A stretch of DNA of 64,000 bases. Origin: Bugula neritina. Its lineage: Eukaryota > Animalia > Bryozoa. Below, in pieces: positions 14,086-46,100 of the stretch. The translations under genes were made by a program, and so were the position numbers. Below the pieces are notes generated by a model. It did no database searches and had not been told where the DNA came from. It saw nothing but the letters and a program-made list of their open reading frames with translations. Numbering within the stretch: the stretch's first letter is position 1; each line of letters opens with the position of its first letter. The DNA lies in contig OZ037769.1 in assembly GCA_964035545.1 (NCBI GenBank), forward strand, positions 10,260,633 to 10,324,632, in the 5' to 3' direction.

Positions 14086-14879
14086 CTAAAATGCATGAGT
14101 TTTAAATTACAATAAAGAAAAACAAAACTTAGGCAGTTTATGCTTTTGTGCTGATAAAAAGTTTCTGCTTTAACCCTGTCACACACCCAGCCACATAAAC
14201 AGTGAGTTGGTGTCATGATACTTGTTCCTTTGCATTCAGATTGCTAAACATCTTTTATTAAAATGATTATCAATGTGATTTTCATTATCTATCATTTGAT
14301 ATTTAACGCATCAATAATACAATAGAAAAAAATATCAAGAAAGATCAATAAAAATTTAAACAATAAAACAAGAGCAGAGTTATATTTACTTCATTTATAT
14401 ACTGTTAGGTGTAAATCACAAAGCTTGACAGCTTGCTACAGGTGCTCCTTTGATGATGGAATTCTAATTTTTTATATTATAAATTTAGTTTGATCACACT
14501 TCTCTGTTTTTAACCACAGAACTATTAAAACTACTCATTAAACTAACAACAGGACATACAAGTAAGATGAAGTAGTCATTCATTGAACCAATAAAACACT
14601 TATTTTGAAATTATCTCTCAGACAGGAAATGAAGCTATATAGTTGAAAAAACCAACAAAGCGTGCAGATAACTACGGGTTATGAAACACACATTTTAATG
14701 TCCACCTGCTAACTTTCAATCAATGACATACTAACTTAGGTCAATAAATTATTAAATTTTTAGATAGCTAATTGAATCTAAATGGAGGACAACAACAGAC
14801 TGCATTAAGAATAATTAGTTAGATTCAGTTTAATTCATCAGATAGCTTTACAAGTCTAAACAATTGAAGCTAGAAACTT

Positions 14880-15988
14880 TCCTGAGTTAGCACAACAATA
14901 TACTAAAACCAAAACAACTACTGAGTTAGTTAGAGATTTTCTGTTTGCTGATGATAGTGCTCTAGTGGCTCACCATCCTGATAGCATGCAAACTCTACTC
15001 ATCAGATTAGCTAATGCTGCAACAGAATTTTGTCTGAAAATTAGCATCAAAAACACAGAATGTCTCTATCAGCCTCTGAAATTTCAAAGTGGAATATACT
15101 AGCACAATCAGGGGAGAACTGTTGACAATGTGTAAAACTTTTGAGTACGTTGAAAGCACAGTATCTGACAATGTTAAACTGAATAATGCAATCTCTTTGA
15201 GAATCGGAAACGCTATTGCAGTGTATAGGAAATTGAAGACCAGACTTTGGACTAACTGCCATGTTCCAGTCATAGTCAATCGCCAGGTGTATTGTGCTAC
15301 GGTGCTGGCTACCTTGCTATATGGTGATGAGATGTGAAACATGCAAGGTGCGCAAGTTGACATACTGCATGTATATGTCACGAAACATTTACACTCAATC
15401 ATGGATATCTATTGGAAGCACAAGATAGTGCTAAAGTGCTAAAGAGTCATTACATGTCAAATCAACTAAATTTCAGAAAGTCTCACGCTTTTGGGTCTCA
15501 GATTTTGTTCATATTTACACCAAATAGACTTCTTGAATATTTCTGGCAGACACAAAAAATTTTTGAGAAGAAATTTTCAATAATAGTACTCAGGACATGT
15601 GTAGGTCCATTTGGTGTATGTATGAACAAAATCTGAGACGCAAAGGCATGGGTCATTTGTTGAGTTGACGTGGAATGACCCTAAAAAGAGCTTGTTTACT
15701 ATCTTTAAAATCTATCGTCATTCAGATGAACTTGAGATGGCTAGGACATCTCTAGAGGATAGACCATAGCCATTTATCTAGAATGCTCTTTTATTTGCAG
15801 TTGAAAGAAGGCAAGCGTAACCAAGGAAGGCCCAGACTAAAATTTAAAAAGACACTGTGAAGCAACCTGTGAAGAAAATATTTATAGATGAAGACAGCTG
15901 GCAAAAGAAGGCTAAGCAGCCAATAGAGATGGCGGAAAATGTATGATCAGACCAGAATAAAAACAGCTTTTGTATCGACAGACTGCTA
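14880..15988 (+). mobile_element. Degenerate 5'-truncated RTE-clade LINE (same family as the copy at 62-64 kb)
   Basis: Reads KTKTTTELVRDFLFADDSALVAH..., VYCATVLATLLYGDE and LKEGKRNQGRPRLKFK. The 3' end GTATCGACAGACTGC matches GTATCGACTGACTGC of the 62-kb copy. Frameshifted, with an unrelated insert at about 15420-15720. Confidence 0.85.
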
Positions 15989-17099
15989 TGATTATGAGCC
16001 GGTAGATGCATTTACTGTTCTACATTTCTCCACAAAACACTGCAGAATAAAAACAACCATAACATAATTTGTTTCGTTATCAACTTTATGGCTAAAATCA
16101 AAATACTATATCTAATACTATATCTAATATCTAATACACAGAGACAAGCTAGGATTAATATCCATAGCCGCTTTCTCCCTTAATTTAGGAAAATTTAAAA
16201 TATGTAGATTAGCAGCATGGTATAACACTTAATTGTTACAACACACCGTGAAACTTTATAGACAAGGCATCTTGCACTAAACATGAACTGGAGTGTCATA
16301 TTAACTTAGATTCTGTGAGAATGAGTGCACAGGCAGTGCCACTCACACTGAGTATGACTCTAAGACATTTACTCTTGACTCTGTAAAGCTAACAGACTTT
16401 GGACTATAACTTTTCAATATCATTAGCAATAATTATAGGAAATTTCTGAAATATAGTTTTGATGAGTTTAAATAGTATATCATTAAAGATTCAAGTTATT
16501 AAATGAAATTAGGATTATAACTAAAAACTAGTCATAGGCAGCATCATAGGGATGGGCAGAGGTATAGTAGCAATTGATATTCATATTGATATATTTATAA
16601 ATTCCTAATAATAGTGCTATTTCCATGATTACCATTATCATAGTATATTTATAAATAATGCTATTTCATTTTATCAAATTCACTATGAACACGAGCACTA
16701 ATTGAATATGAGAGTAAATAGTAATCCTCGATAAGTATAAAAATTACTAACAACTTAAACTAATAAGTAATAAGCAATAAAACTGAATAGTATACCATTA
16801 TCATATGTGCAACACATTATCATTCAGTACGAGTATCAAAATATATCAAATTACTCAAAAAGATCACACTGAACCACCCTAGAGAGAGGAAGATGTGCCA
16901 CATATGGGTAACATGCTGGGCAGTCATTGGTCAATAGTCATACAGTCATACTGGTTAGGCTGTATTGACTGAACAGAAGCCTAATCTTGTCTATGTGAAA
17001 ATCTCTAAATAATTGCCTTGATTGTGATCAGTTTTCAGATCCTCAATAGCCCTTGGGAGAAAACTGTTCAGGTACAGTTAGCACCCACTTAATAGGCTT

Positions 17100-17510
17100 G
17101 GAGCAAATCTGTATAGTACTGTCTGTTGGCTTGTTCAGCAGGTCATCATAGGCAGAGTTAAGTTTGTTTGTTTTTCTTTGCCAGAGTCTTTAGAAGGAGA
17201 TTCATACGCCTGGTTTATTTTGTGTTGAAAATGCTGTAGGCAAAGTTTCTTTATGGCACTTTTATGACATCTTCGCAGCCTTTAATATTGGCTATGAATC
17301 GGACTGCATTTACTTGTAGTTTTCATAGGCCAGTAATCTCCTTACACTTGCAGGTTAGGTTCCAAGCTTCGCTGGCATACTAAAGGTGTGGCAGAGACAA
17401 TGTTTTGTATGCAATCAATTGTGCTCATTCAGGGGCCCCAGTAAAAAGCTCGTCTAACCATACCTAGCTGTCTTTTACTTTTAGTATCTAGTATTTTACT
17501 TGATATAGGT
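17100..17510 (-). mobile_element. Degenerate 3' fragment of a CR1/L2-like LINE
   Basis: The minus strand gives AYKTLSLPHL*YASEAWN...LQVNAVRFIANIKG, resembling the AYKxLVRPHLEY..VW...Q..AARF segment C-terminal to the RT of these LINEs. Confidence 0.55.
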
Positions 17511-17839
17511 TGACTAAATATATAAATATGAAGAAATACGACTAAGATAATATCTGATGACTATCACTATCAGCATCACTATAACTATAAGATTAAGTAC
17601 AAGTAATAAATAGTATAATAATAATACTCAGTCACTGACTATGACTTAGACTTAGAATGATAATGATATTACTATCACTATGGCTCTCAGCCTCGCGTTT
17701 CAATTTGAGTTTGAGTCGGTAGCAATCTCTAGTTAATGGCATAATGACAATATTGTCCATAAGATTAAGGCATATGAATGCAGAATACTGAAAGTGAATA
17801 GTCATCCAGAATTGACTTAAAAAAAGTTTTGGACAATAA

Positions 17840-18240
17840 TATTAATGATGTCTTTGACAACAACGATAAGTCGATAATATTTTGAAGTGAAGAAAAAGAT
17901 ATGTTGCAGTTGGGTGAGGTAAATTGCTCTCTTCGAGATTAGTCGACCTAATAATAATAACAACTTGTAAATTTAATTTGATTTGTAATTTAATAAAGCA
18001 TAATTTATAAACAGAACACCCGGCATTTGTATTTAAAATAAACTGAGTAAGTGGGCTCAGTGTCGGAAACACTGCGTTTGACGAACTGGTTTGACGAACT
18101 CGAACGGGAAGGACTAGGCCTACTTGCAGTCACTGTCATGTGACAGTCATTGCTTTTATGATCTAATAGTAATAGTACTAGTAGTTCTTATTCTGCCGTA
18201 ATACCACTAGTAAATGTAACGGTATACCTAATTTTGCACT
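17840..18240. promoter_or_regulatory. Putative bidirectional promoter region for TAFAZZIN and PTPN23
   Basis: Lies between the head-to-head genes, both of which have a splice acceptor just before the ATG. It is locally CpG-rich, with a duplicated TTTGACGAACT and a CGGAA (ETS-like) core, and is flanked by patterned low-complexity DNA. The promoter call is inference. Confidence 0.4.
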
Positions 18241-18294
18241 GCAGTGTATTACTATTTACTATAAATGTGATGATAGTTCTAGTACAATATATTT

Positions 18295-18960
18295 ATAATA
18301 TGAATATCATGACTATCACAGTATCAGTATGAGTATCAGTATGACTATGACTATCACTATGAGTATGACTCTAAGTCGATGAGTATCACCATCAGTATCA
18401 GTATGAGTATCACTGTCATCACTGACAGTTTGAGTTACTCTGACTATAGTTCTATGAGTATGAGTGTGACACTGACTGTGTTACTGTAACTCCTACTCTT
18501 AGTCTTAGTCTTTCACTTTGAGTTTGACTTAGAAAATAGATGGTAACACTAACAGTAGCACAGTAGCACTTACAGTTACTTAGAGTTAGTGACTAACAGT
18601 ATGAGTAACACTTACACTAACAATAACATTAACTTAGAATGACTCATGTTGTAACTGTCAGTGTTACACTTGCTGTTACACTTGCAGTTTGAGTTACTGC
18701 TAGTCTTGCCGTTACAGTTACTCTTAAACTTAGTTAGTTGCTGTTAGTCTTACTATTATTCTTAGTCTAAGACTAAGGAAAGACAATGACAGTAACTGCA
18801 AGTGTGACACTAATATAGAACAGCGTGAGTGTAAGATATTGTAAGTTTGATAGTAACTAATACAGTGATAGTAATACCATTAGTATTACTCTTAGTATAA
18901 CATTCACCATGAAGTATGAGAAAGAAATTCATTCAGTTTGCCTATCAGTATCACTATCAG
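18295..18960. repeat. Degenerate hexamer-periodic low-complexity tract (TGAGTA/TGACTA/TCACTA, then GTTACT/CTTAGT/CTAACA)
   Basis: Direct reading. A shorter similar tract lies at about 17555-17720. Confidence 0.75.
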
Positions 18961-19620
18961 ATCACCACATCTGTCTCTGACATATTCATCTTGGGTGCAA
19001 ATCATGCTCACTTTGTTCACTTCGTTTCGAACATATTTGATTTTAGTCTGCGAAGAATAGGATTCTACATAACCAACTCAATCAAGGAGTTGCATTCAAC
19101 TCTGTGGCTTGTGTCTTTGCTATTTAACTTCCACATTTTCTAATGCGATCTGGTATTCACCAATCAATATTTAAAGGTTTTCCTCTCTTTATCTTACCTC
19201 CAACACTGGTGTTGCTGATTCTCTTTCCGCCTTCTTAGTAGATTGTTATTTCAAGGTGTTTAAATGATGTCTATAGAACCTCAATTTAGTCCACACTCTC
19301 ATGCTTTTTTATCCTTAACTTAGCTGTGTTACCATCTAGTACCAGGTGTTTCGTTTTTGATCTTTCAGGTTGAGAGCTTCTCCTCTCAAACGTTTTCTTC
19401 ACATCTCAAGTCTTTTCTTCATTTATTCTACATTGCTGCCACACAGAACTAGATTGTCTGCAAACAGCGTTGCTCATTTTTCTGTAAGGGCTTTCAAAAT
19501 TATAATAAATAGAAAAGGCTTAACCCTTACATTGTAAATGGACCACTGAACCTTGACATAAACCAACTTCTATACTTATGTCATCTGTCTCTCCAACCAG
19601 TTACTCGATTTATGTTATGT
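18960..19620 (-). mobile_element. Old RTE-like LINE reverse-transcriptase remnant
   Basis: The minus strand gives ATLFADNLVLCGSNVE*MKKRLEM*RKRL...RSKTKHL, matching the LFADDxVL...LE.W...SRSKTEY pattern. Many stops. Confidence 0.6.
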
Positions 19621-20426
19621 ATACTTCATGATATTTGAAAAAAATGGGCAACAATTATTACTATTGTGGGCTTGTGGCCTACCTAAAATACAGAGCGATA
19701 ATGTTATGATTCTACTAATTTGAAGTAAAAATATATATTAGCTAGGCTATGTGTTAATTTTGAAAGTTTACTGAATAATTATTGCCAACTAAAACAAACA
19801 ACATGCTGGCCTATCTTGTATTGCATAATAATACCTGATTATCCTCTCTATGCAAGTTTTTTATTCCAGAGCTTAGTAATTAATTTCTCGTAATATATAA
19901 GGAAAATATTTTTTCTGTCGGTGGTCTTGGTATTCCATTTTGCTCAACAAGTCTGCTAAGTATTAAAGCGTTTAAATTCTTACGTTGTACCTTTGGTTAG
20001 AAAAAAAATTAGTACACTAGCATTGGCTACTGATTTTTGTATAAAGTAAAGTTTCTAGACACTGTTATTATATAGATTTAAGCAGTTTGTATTTTGATGA
20101 ATATTCGCGTAAAGAAGATGGTGCCCAACAAACACTGCTGTAGTGACTCTGCCAAAATACTTTACTTTTTAGTAAAAGAATTCATTCTGGTAAACTGGTT
20201 CTTAGAACACTATTGTAAACGCATAGTCACCTGACCGAGGATTAAAAGAGTAGATCTTGTTAGTGTTTTTGTAAACTGAATAAAGATGTTATATTTTATT
20301 AATGACCAAAATTATATTATTTCCTTTGCTTCAAATTGAAAGTTCTGCAACTTATAATCACCTAAATCTGTGTATTATTATGTTTATATTATCATTGTAT
20401 GATAGAGAATTTACAGATGAGCAGCA

Positions 20427-40927
<20,501 letters not shown>

Positions 40928-41314
40928 TATTTATTCTGCTTTATAATTTATTTCATTACCTGCAACGTTCTTTATATATAATTAGTACTTGATATTATTT
41001 GCTGCTAATCGGATATCTATTATAAACTCCATCAGTAGGCTACTCATACTAAAATATTTTCATTCGCTGCTGGAAAATATAATGTATAATCATAAAATGA
41101 CAGTGTTTCTTTTTTGCATATATTATTGTTGTAGTTTTACACAGTGAAACTGCTATGTTGTAGGTTATTCGTGTGTTGCAATGGAATTGTAATCCGTGAG
41201 AGAATGAACTACAGTTATTATACTTTACAATTACAGTAACATCCACATAAAAGTCAATAACATCCGTAAAAGTTACACATTAGTAATCGCATTAGTAATC
41301 CTACTAGCCAAGTG

Positions 41315-41465
41315 TCACTGGGCATACAGAGTGTCCTGCTTGTAAAGAAGAGTTTCATGCTGATTGGCGCCGTGGGTTCCGGTTTTCAGGCTGCAGCATG
41401 GGCCGCCGTGTAGCATCCCAGTAGGACGTGTGTCATTTCTTGGAGTGCCGCACGCGGCGTGAGTC
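41315..41465 (+). other. Unidentified CpG-rich, foldable island (candidate small structured RNA or promoter)
   Basis: About 60% GC in AT-rich surroundings. Several complementary segments and an ATTTCTTGG followed by a terminal hairpin; also CTGATTGG and TTCCGG motifs. Confidence 0.3.
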
Positions 41466-42777
41466 GATTGACTACAATACAATAATTTGTCCATAATATA
41501 GAATGCATAGGTTAAGTTCCAAGTACGAAGGGGTAAAGGAGGTAGCAAGACATGTCCCATGGCCATCACAATATGACCGTTTCACAAGCCGATTATATTT
41601 TGATCAAAGTTGAAAACAGTTCAGTGGTTTCTCACTACTAACTGACTATTGTAATGCAACTCGGTACTCACTGGTTATTGATCTCTCAAAAGTTTTTAAG
41701 TAATGGTTTGTAGTTCGTTCAAACAGAATCACTATACAAAGTATACCCAGAGTTATATATGCCCTTTTAGTATACCTCGAATTTAGGCATACATACCCTA
41801 AAACTAGATTTATGTACACAGGAACATGCAGGAAATAACGCCTACACTTGCTGCCATCTCTGCGTTTCTAACTATGTTTATGCTAATTTATGTTCAGATT
41901 TCAGAATGTATTCAGGACAACTCCTCTGTAATTATTCGTTATGAGACAGGGTTTTATTCACTATGTACACCTGGACTTGTAATGACTTTTAGCGAAAGAA
42001 CAACTCCAACTACATTCATTATTACAACAGAGCTTTCTATTCTGCATGTGCTGATTCTGCTATTAGATAATACAACCATATGCACCAATTATAATATTAC
42101 TATTATTTGTATCAAACACAGTGAATGCATAAATTATATGAATATTATGTTTAGTATGTGGATTAGTAAAGTCAACTAAAGAAAACAACTCCATGTAGTT
42201 AAGAGAAGAGAGCAGATAGTTTCCAGGTGTAGATAGCCTTTATTTCAGCAGAAGAAAAGTGTAAAAGTTTGTATCAGTGATGTGTCCTTGTCGAGCTCCA
42301 GTGTAAACTTATATACATTGGCAAAGACGCCTTCCTTATATACCTACTCTAGAAGTTGGACACCCCATATTTTGGATGCCCTCAAGTCGGTTGAGATCAG
42401 ATTTACAGAATAAAAAATAAACTGTATAAAATATGATTACAAGAGAAGGCAATATTAAAGTTAACCCCATAACCCACTATAATAGCTACCATGCATGGAC
42501 GCACGTATGCATGTATGCACATGCATGCGTTTATAATAATTATTGCTAAAAAGCACAGGTTTCTCATTAATCATGTATATAACACTGTTACTCTCTAAGA
42601 ACAAATTTGTATAACAGGCTTTTTGGAATTATTTGGATTTAGATTACTAAGAAGTAAAATTTATAATCAATTGAATTGAGCAGCTGATTCCAAACTGGTC
42701 CTTTATGTTCTTAGTTACACTTCTAGTAGGAATCTCTCTGTTTCTGTCACCTAACTTGTACTGCTATGATATATTAT

Positions 42778-42849
<72 letters not shown>

Positions 42850-42967
42850 ATTGTATCGTGAGATTTTTAAAAAACAGCGATAAAAAAGTGCTCAAATTAT
42901 TACGTGTATAATAATGAGCAATTATATTATTGAGGAAAAGAGCAATTTAATTATATAGATGTTGTTT

Positions 42968-43018
42968 TATTGTACTACTAATAGTTTCATGCCTCTTCGG
43001 CACTCCTCAGGCACAATA
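42968..43018 (-). ncRNA. Type I (minimal) hammerhead ribozyme
   Basis: The minus strand reads UAUUGUGC CUGAGGA GUGCC-GAAGA-GGCAU GAAAC UAUUA GUA^GUACAAUA. It has an 8-bp stem I (one GU), the CUGANGA core, a 5-bp stem II, GAAA and a 3-bp stem III. Cleavage is predicted between 42976 and 42975. Confidence 0.85.
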
Positions 43019-43064
43019 TGCCTGAGGAGTGCCGAAGAGGCATGAAACTATTAGTAGTACAATA
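43019..43064 (+). ncRNA. Second hammerhead core (inverted copy, stem I truncated to about 3 bp)
   Basis: TGC CTGAGGA GTGCCGAAGAGGCAT GAAAC TATTA GTA GTACAATA. The 5' strand of stem I is cut by the inversion point. Confidence 0.6.
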
Positions 43065-43099
43065 AAACAACATCTATATAATTAAATTGCTCTTTTCCT

Positions 43100-43176
<77 letters not shown>

Positions 43177-46100
43177 CTTTTACTTGTTTATTTATAGTAA
43201 GCAGATTGCAATACATGTGAATTTTATTTGTTTACTTATAATAAACTAAGACGCTTTAATTTATGAAATTACATTTGTATAATTCAACTAAGCAATTCTC
43301 TGTCAGATAATTATTTGAAATTTGTTTTGAAAAGTGGCTTAAAATGAGAATTGCTAAATAAATATGGTTCATATATAATAAATCAAAACACTTTAACTTG
43401 TAGAATTACATTTGTATAAATTAGCTAAACAATTCTCTGCCAAAAACTTGTTTGCAAATTTTTAAAAAGTGGTTTGAAATAAAAAAAAACCAAGTATATA
43501 TAATGTAACATATATTCAATATATTTTGAATACTAACATTTGATTTAAACATAAATAACCTCAAACAATAGATCTGAGACAATGCATAAAATTACCTTTG
43601 AACAATCATATAATAAATTTAACAAAAACAGGAAAATCATGCATAAAGGCAACATCATGTATACCATATGTTAAAAAATCCTATATTAAACATAATCTGA
43701 TGAAACATTGTTTTATAGATTCCTATGATAATGAGGTAGTGAATACCACGGTGCAGGCAATGAAGAAAAAACACATGCACTGAAAATTGTGGAAAGAAGG
43801 TAGACTGGTGTACTCTCTCAATATGAGAGACCAACTACTCCATATGAGCCATCTCTTCAGAAGGGGGACAACGGTCTGGAGTCTTCCCACAAAAGTGGGT
43901 AAGTTAAAAGTTGTGTTGTTAAGATACCAATCTGATAGGAACATGCTAGCAAAGTAACAGTGTTGGAATGTATCAAGTCACTAACAAATACATTAAACCT
44001 TGTAGTATAATATGTTACCACGGCCAAATGTTCATGCAGTGCTCTTATTTAGTATTCTCACCATGGTCACAATCTAGTACATCATGAGAGTATTAGTTTA
44101 GTATACTGTCAGTGTGTCAGCTGTGTATCTCGATGTTTGTAGAAGTGGTTGAGAAACAACAACCCCTAGTCCAATCCATCGAGCAGGGTAGCCAGCTGAG
44201 ACAAGCAGATATAAAGCAGTGGCAGACGTATAAAGCATGTATAACAATATACTTTCATCTTCTTCATATCTTGCATTACTGCTTACCAGCAACTTTGTTC
44301 TGTTTTACAATCGTACTTTTACGCCTTTGCAGAACTTAAACTATTTCCTTACAGAAGCTCAGTATCATCAAGAAACTAGCTGCCACTGCAACAGGGTATG
44401 CTGCTTATAAAAAACTCTTCTGAGCATCATTCTGGCTCATCCCAGTCTGTAAGATCTTGATCACCATGACAGCAACCACTTCCATAGGCATCAGGTTTGA
44501 AGAGTTTAGCTGAATGATCCCAGTTGTTAGGGAGGAAAATCAGTTAAACTGGACCATGCAGGCAAATAGTGAAGAAATGTATCTCATAGTACTGAAGTGG
44601 AGGCCACCCACCTATGCCAATGGTTATAGTTACTCAGGCATCAGGTTTGAATAGTTTAACTGCAGACTCTTCATACATGCATAAAATCTTTTTAGTGGAT
44701 TCAGCAACAAATTTTTTTGTAGATGCCTATGGTGATGAAGTAGATGATCCCACAGTGCAGGCTATGGAGAAGAAACAGCTGCATGCACTGGAAATTGTGA
44801 AATGAAGGTAGACTGGTGTACTCTTTCAAAATGAGAGATCAGCTACTTCACATGAGCCATCTCTCTAGATGGGGGACACTAGTCTGGAGTCTTCCCACAG
44901 AAGTAGATAAGTCAATAGTTGTGTTGTTGAGATGCTAAGCTGATAGGAACATGCTAACATATTTTTGTCTGTTAATCAATTGTGTATCTCAATGTATGTA
45001 GAAGTGGTTGAGAAACAACAACCCCTAGTCCAATCCATCGAGCAGGGTAGCCAGCTGAGACAAGCAGATATAAGGCAGTGTCAGACCTATGAAGTAAGTA
45101 TAACAGTATACTTTCATCTTCTTCATATCTTAAATCGATTCTAATTCAACTTTGTTTTGTTTCATCATCGTAATTTTACACTTTTGTAAAAATTTATTTC
45201 TTTGCACAAGCTTAGTACCATCAAGAAACTTGGCATTGTTGTTGCTGTCGGACTAGCTGCCACTGCAACAGGGTATGCTGCTTATAAAGCACTCTTTTAA
45301 GCAACGTGCCGGCTCAACCCAGCCTGTAAGATCTTGGTCATCCTAAGAGCATCTACTTCCACAGGCATCTGGTTAGACGAGTTTAGCTGGATGGTCCCAG
45401 TTGTTAGATAAGACAACCAGTTAGACAGGACAATGCAGGCCAAAAGGGAAGAAATGTATCTCATAGTACCGGAGTGAAGGCCACCCTACTATGCCAATGA
45501 TTATAGTGACTCAGGCATCACGTTTGAAGAGTTTAACTGCAGTCTCGTCATACATGCATAGAATACTTTTAGTGGATTCAGCAACAGACTTAAAAGACAA
45601 AAATTGGGCCGTTAACAAAAACGGTTAACGTTCACATTACTCAAAGACCAGTTACTATGTAGATATTTTTCTCTTATGATCTACAGTATGTCTTGAAGAT
45701 AATCATGTCGATGAGGTAGATGATACCACAGTGCAGGCAATGAAGAAAAAACACCTGCACTGAAAATTGTGGAAAGAAGGTAGACTGGTGTACTCTCTCA
45801 ATATGAGAGACCAACTACTCCATATGAACCATCTCTCCAGAAGGGAGACAACGGTCTGGAGTCTTCCCACAAAAGTGGGTAAGTTAAAAGTTGTGTTGTT
45901 AAGATGCCAAGCTGATAGGAACATGTTAACAAAGTAATGGCGTTGGAATGTATCGAGCCACTAACAAATACAAAAGGGAAATATTGGTTGATTAATCAAG
46001 CAGTGATAATCTCTATCACACAAGGTGGCCGGCTAAGACTATAGATAATATAAAGCAGCTTCCGACCTATAAAATACCGCACAACAAGAAAGTGGGCATA

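Larger units (their letters stand above)
42781..43174. mobile_element. Penelope-like element terminal-repeat remnant as an inverted duplication between (TA)n tracts
   Basis: Perfect inverted repeat 42923-43013 / 43019-43109 (5-nt spacer CAATA) containing hammerhead cores. (TA)n at 42781-42846 and 43104-43174. The paralogous site near 50255 is empty. The PLE assignment rests on the known association of minimal hammerheads with PLE pseudo-LTRs. Confidence 0.7.

Noticed and set aside
42705-42911. Signal-peptide-like ORF MFLVTLLVGISLFLS
   Set aside because: Runs into (TA)n, has no donor site, and the paralog at about 50178 stops after 20 codons.
43733-43755. let-7-like start TGAGGTAGT in E1 modules (possible miRNA cluster)
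   Set aside because: Only about 9 nt match, there is no pre-miRNA-length hairpin, and the seed varies between copies (TGAAGTAG, TGAGGTTG).
43740-43800. In-frame TGA in E1 as selenocysteine or readthrough
   Set aside because: Another copy has TAA at the same codon, others shift frame by 4 nt, and I recognised no SECIS.
43723-45924. Twin 73-aa minus-strand ORFs (MFLSxW...)
   Set aside because: Antisense of two recently duplicated E1 copies; not listed as ORFs for the other copies and no recognisable family.
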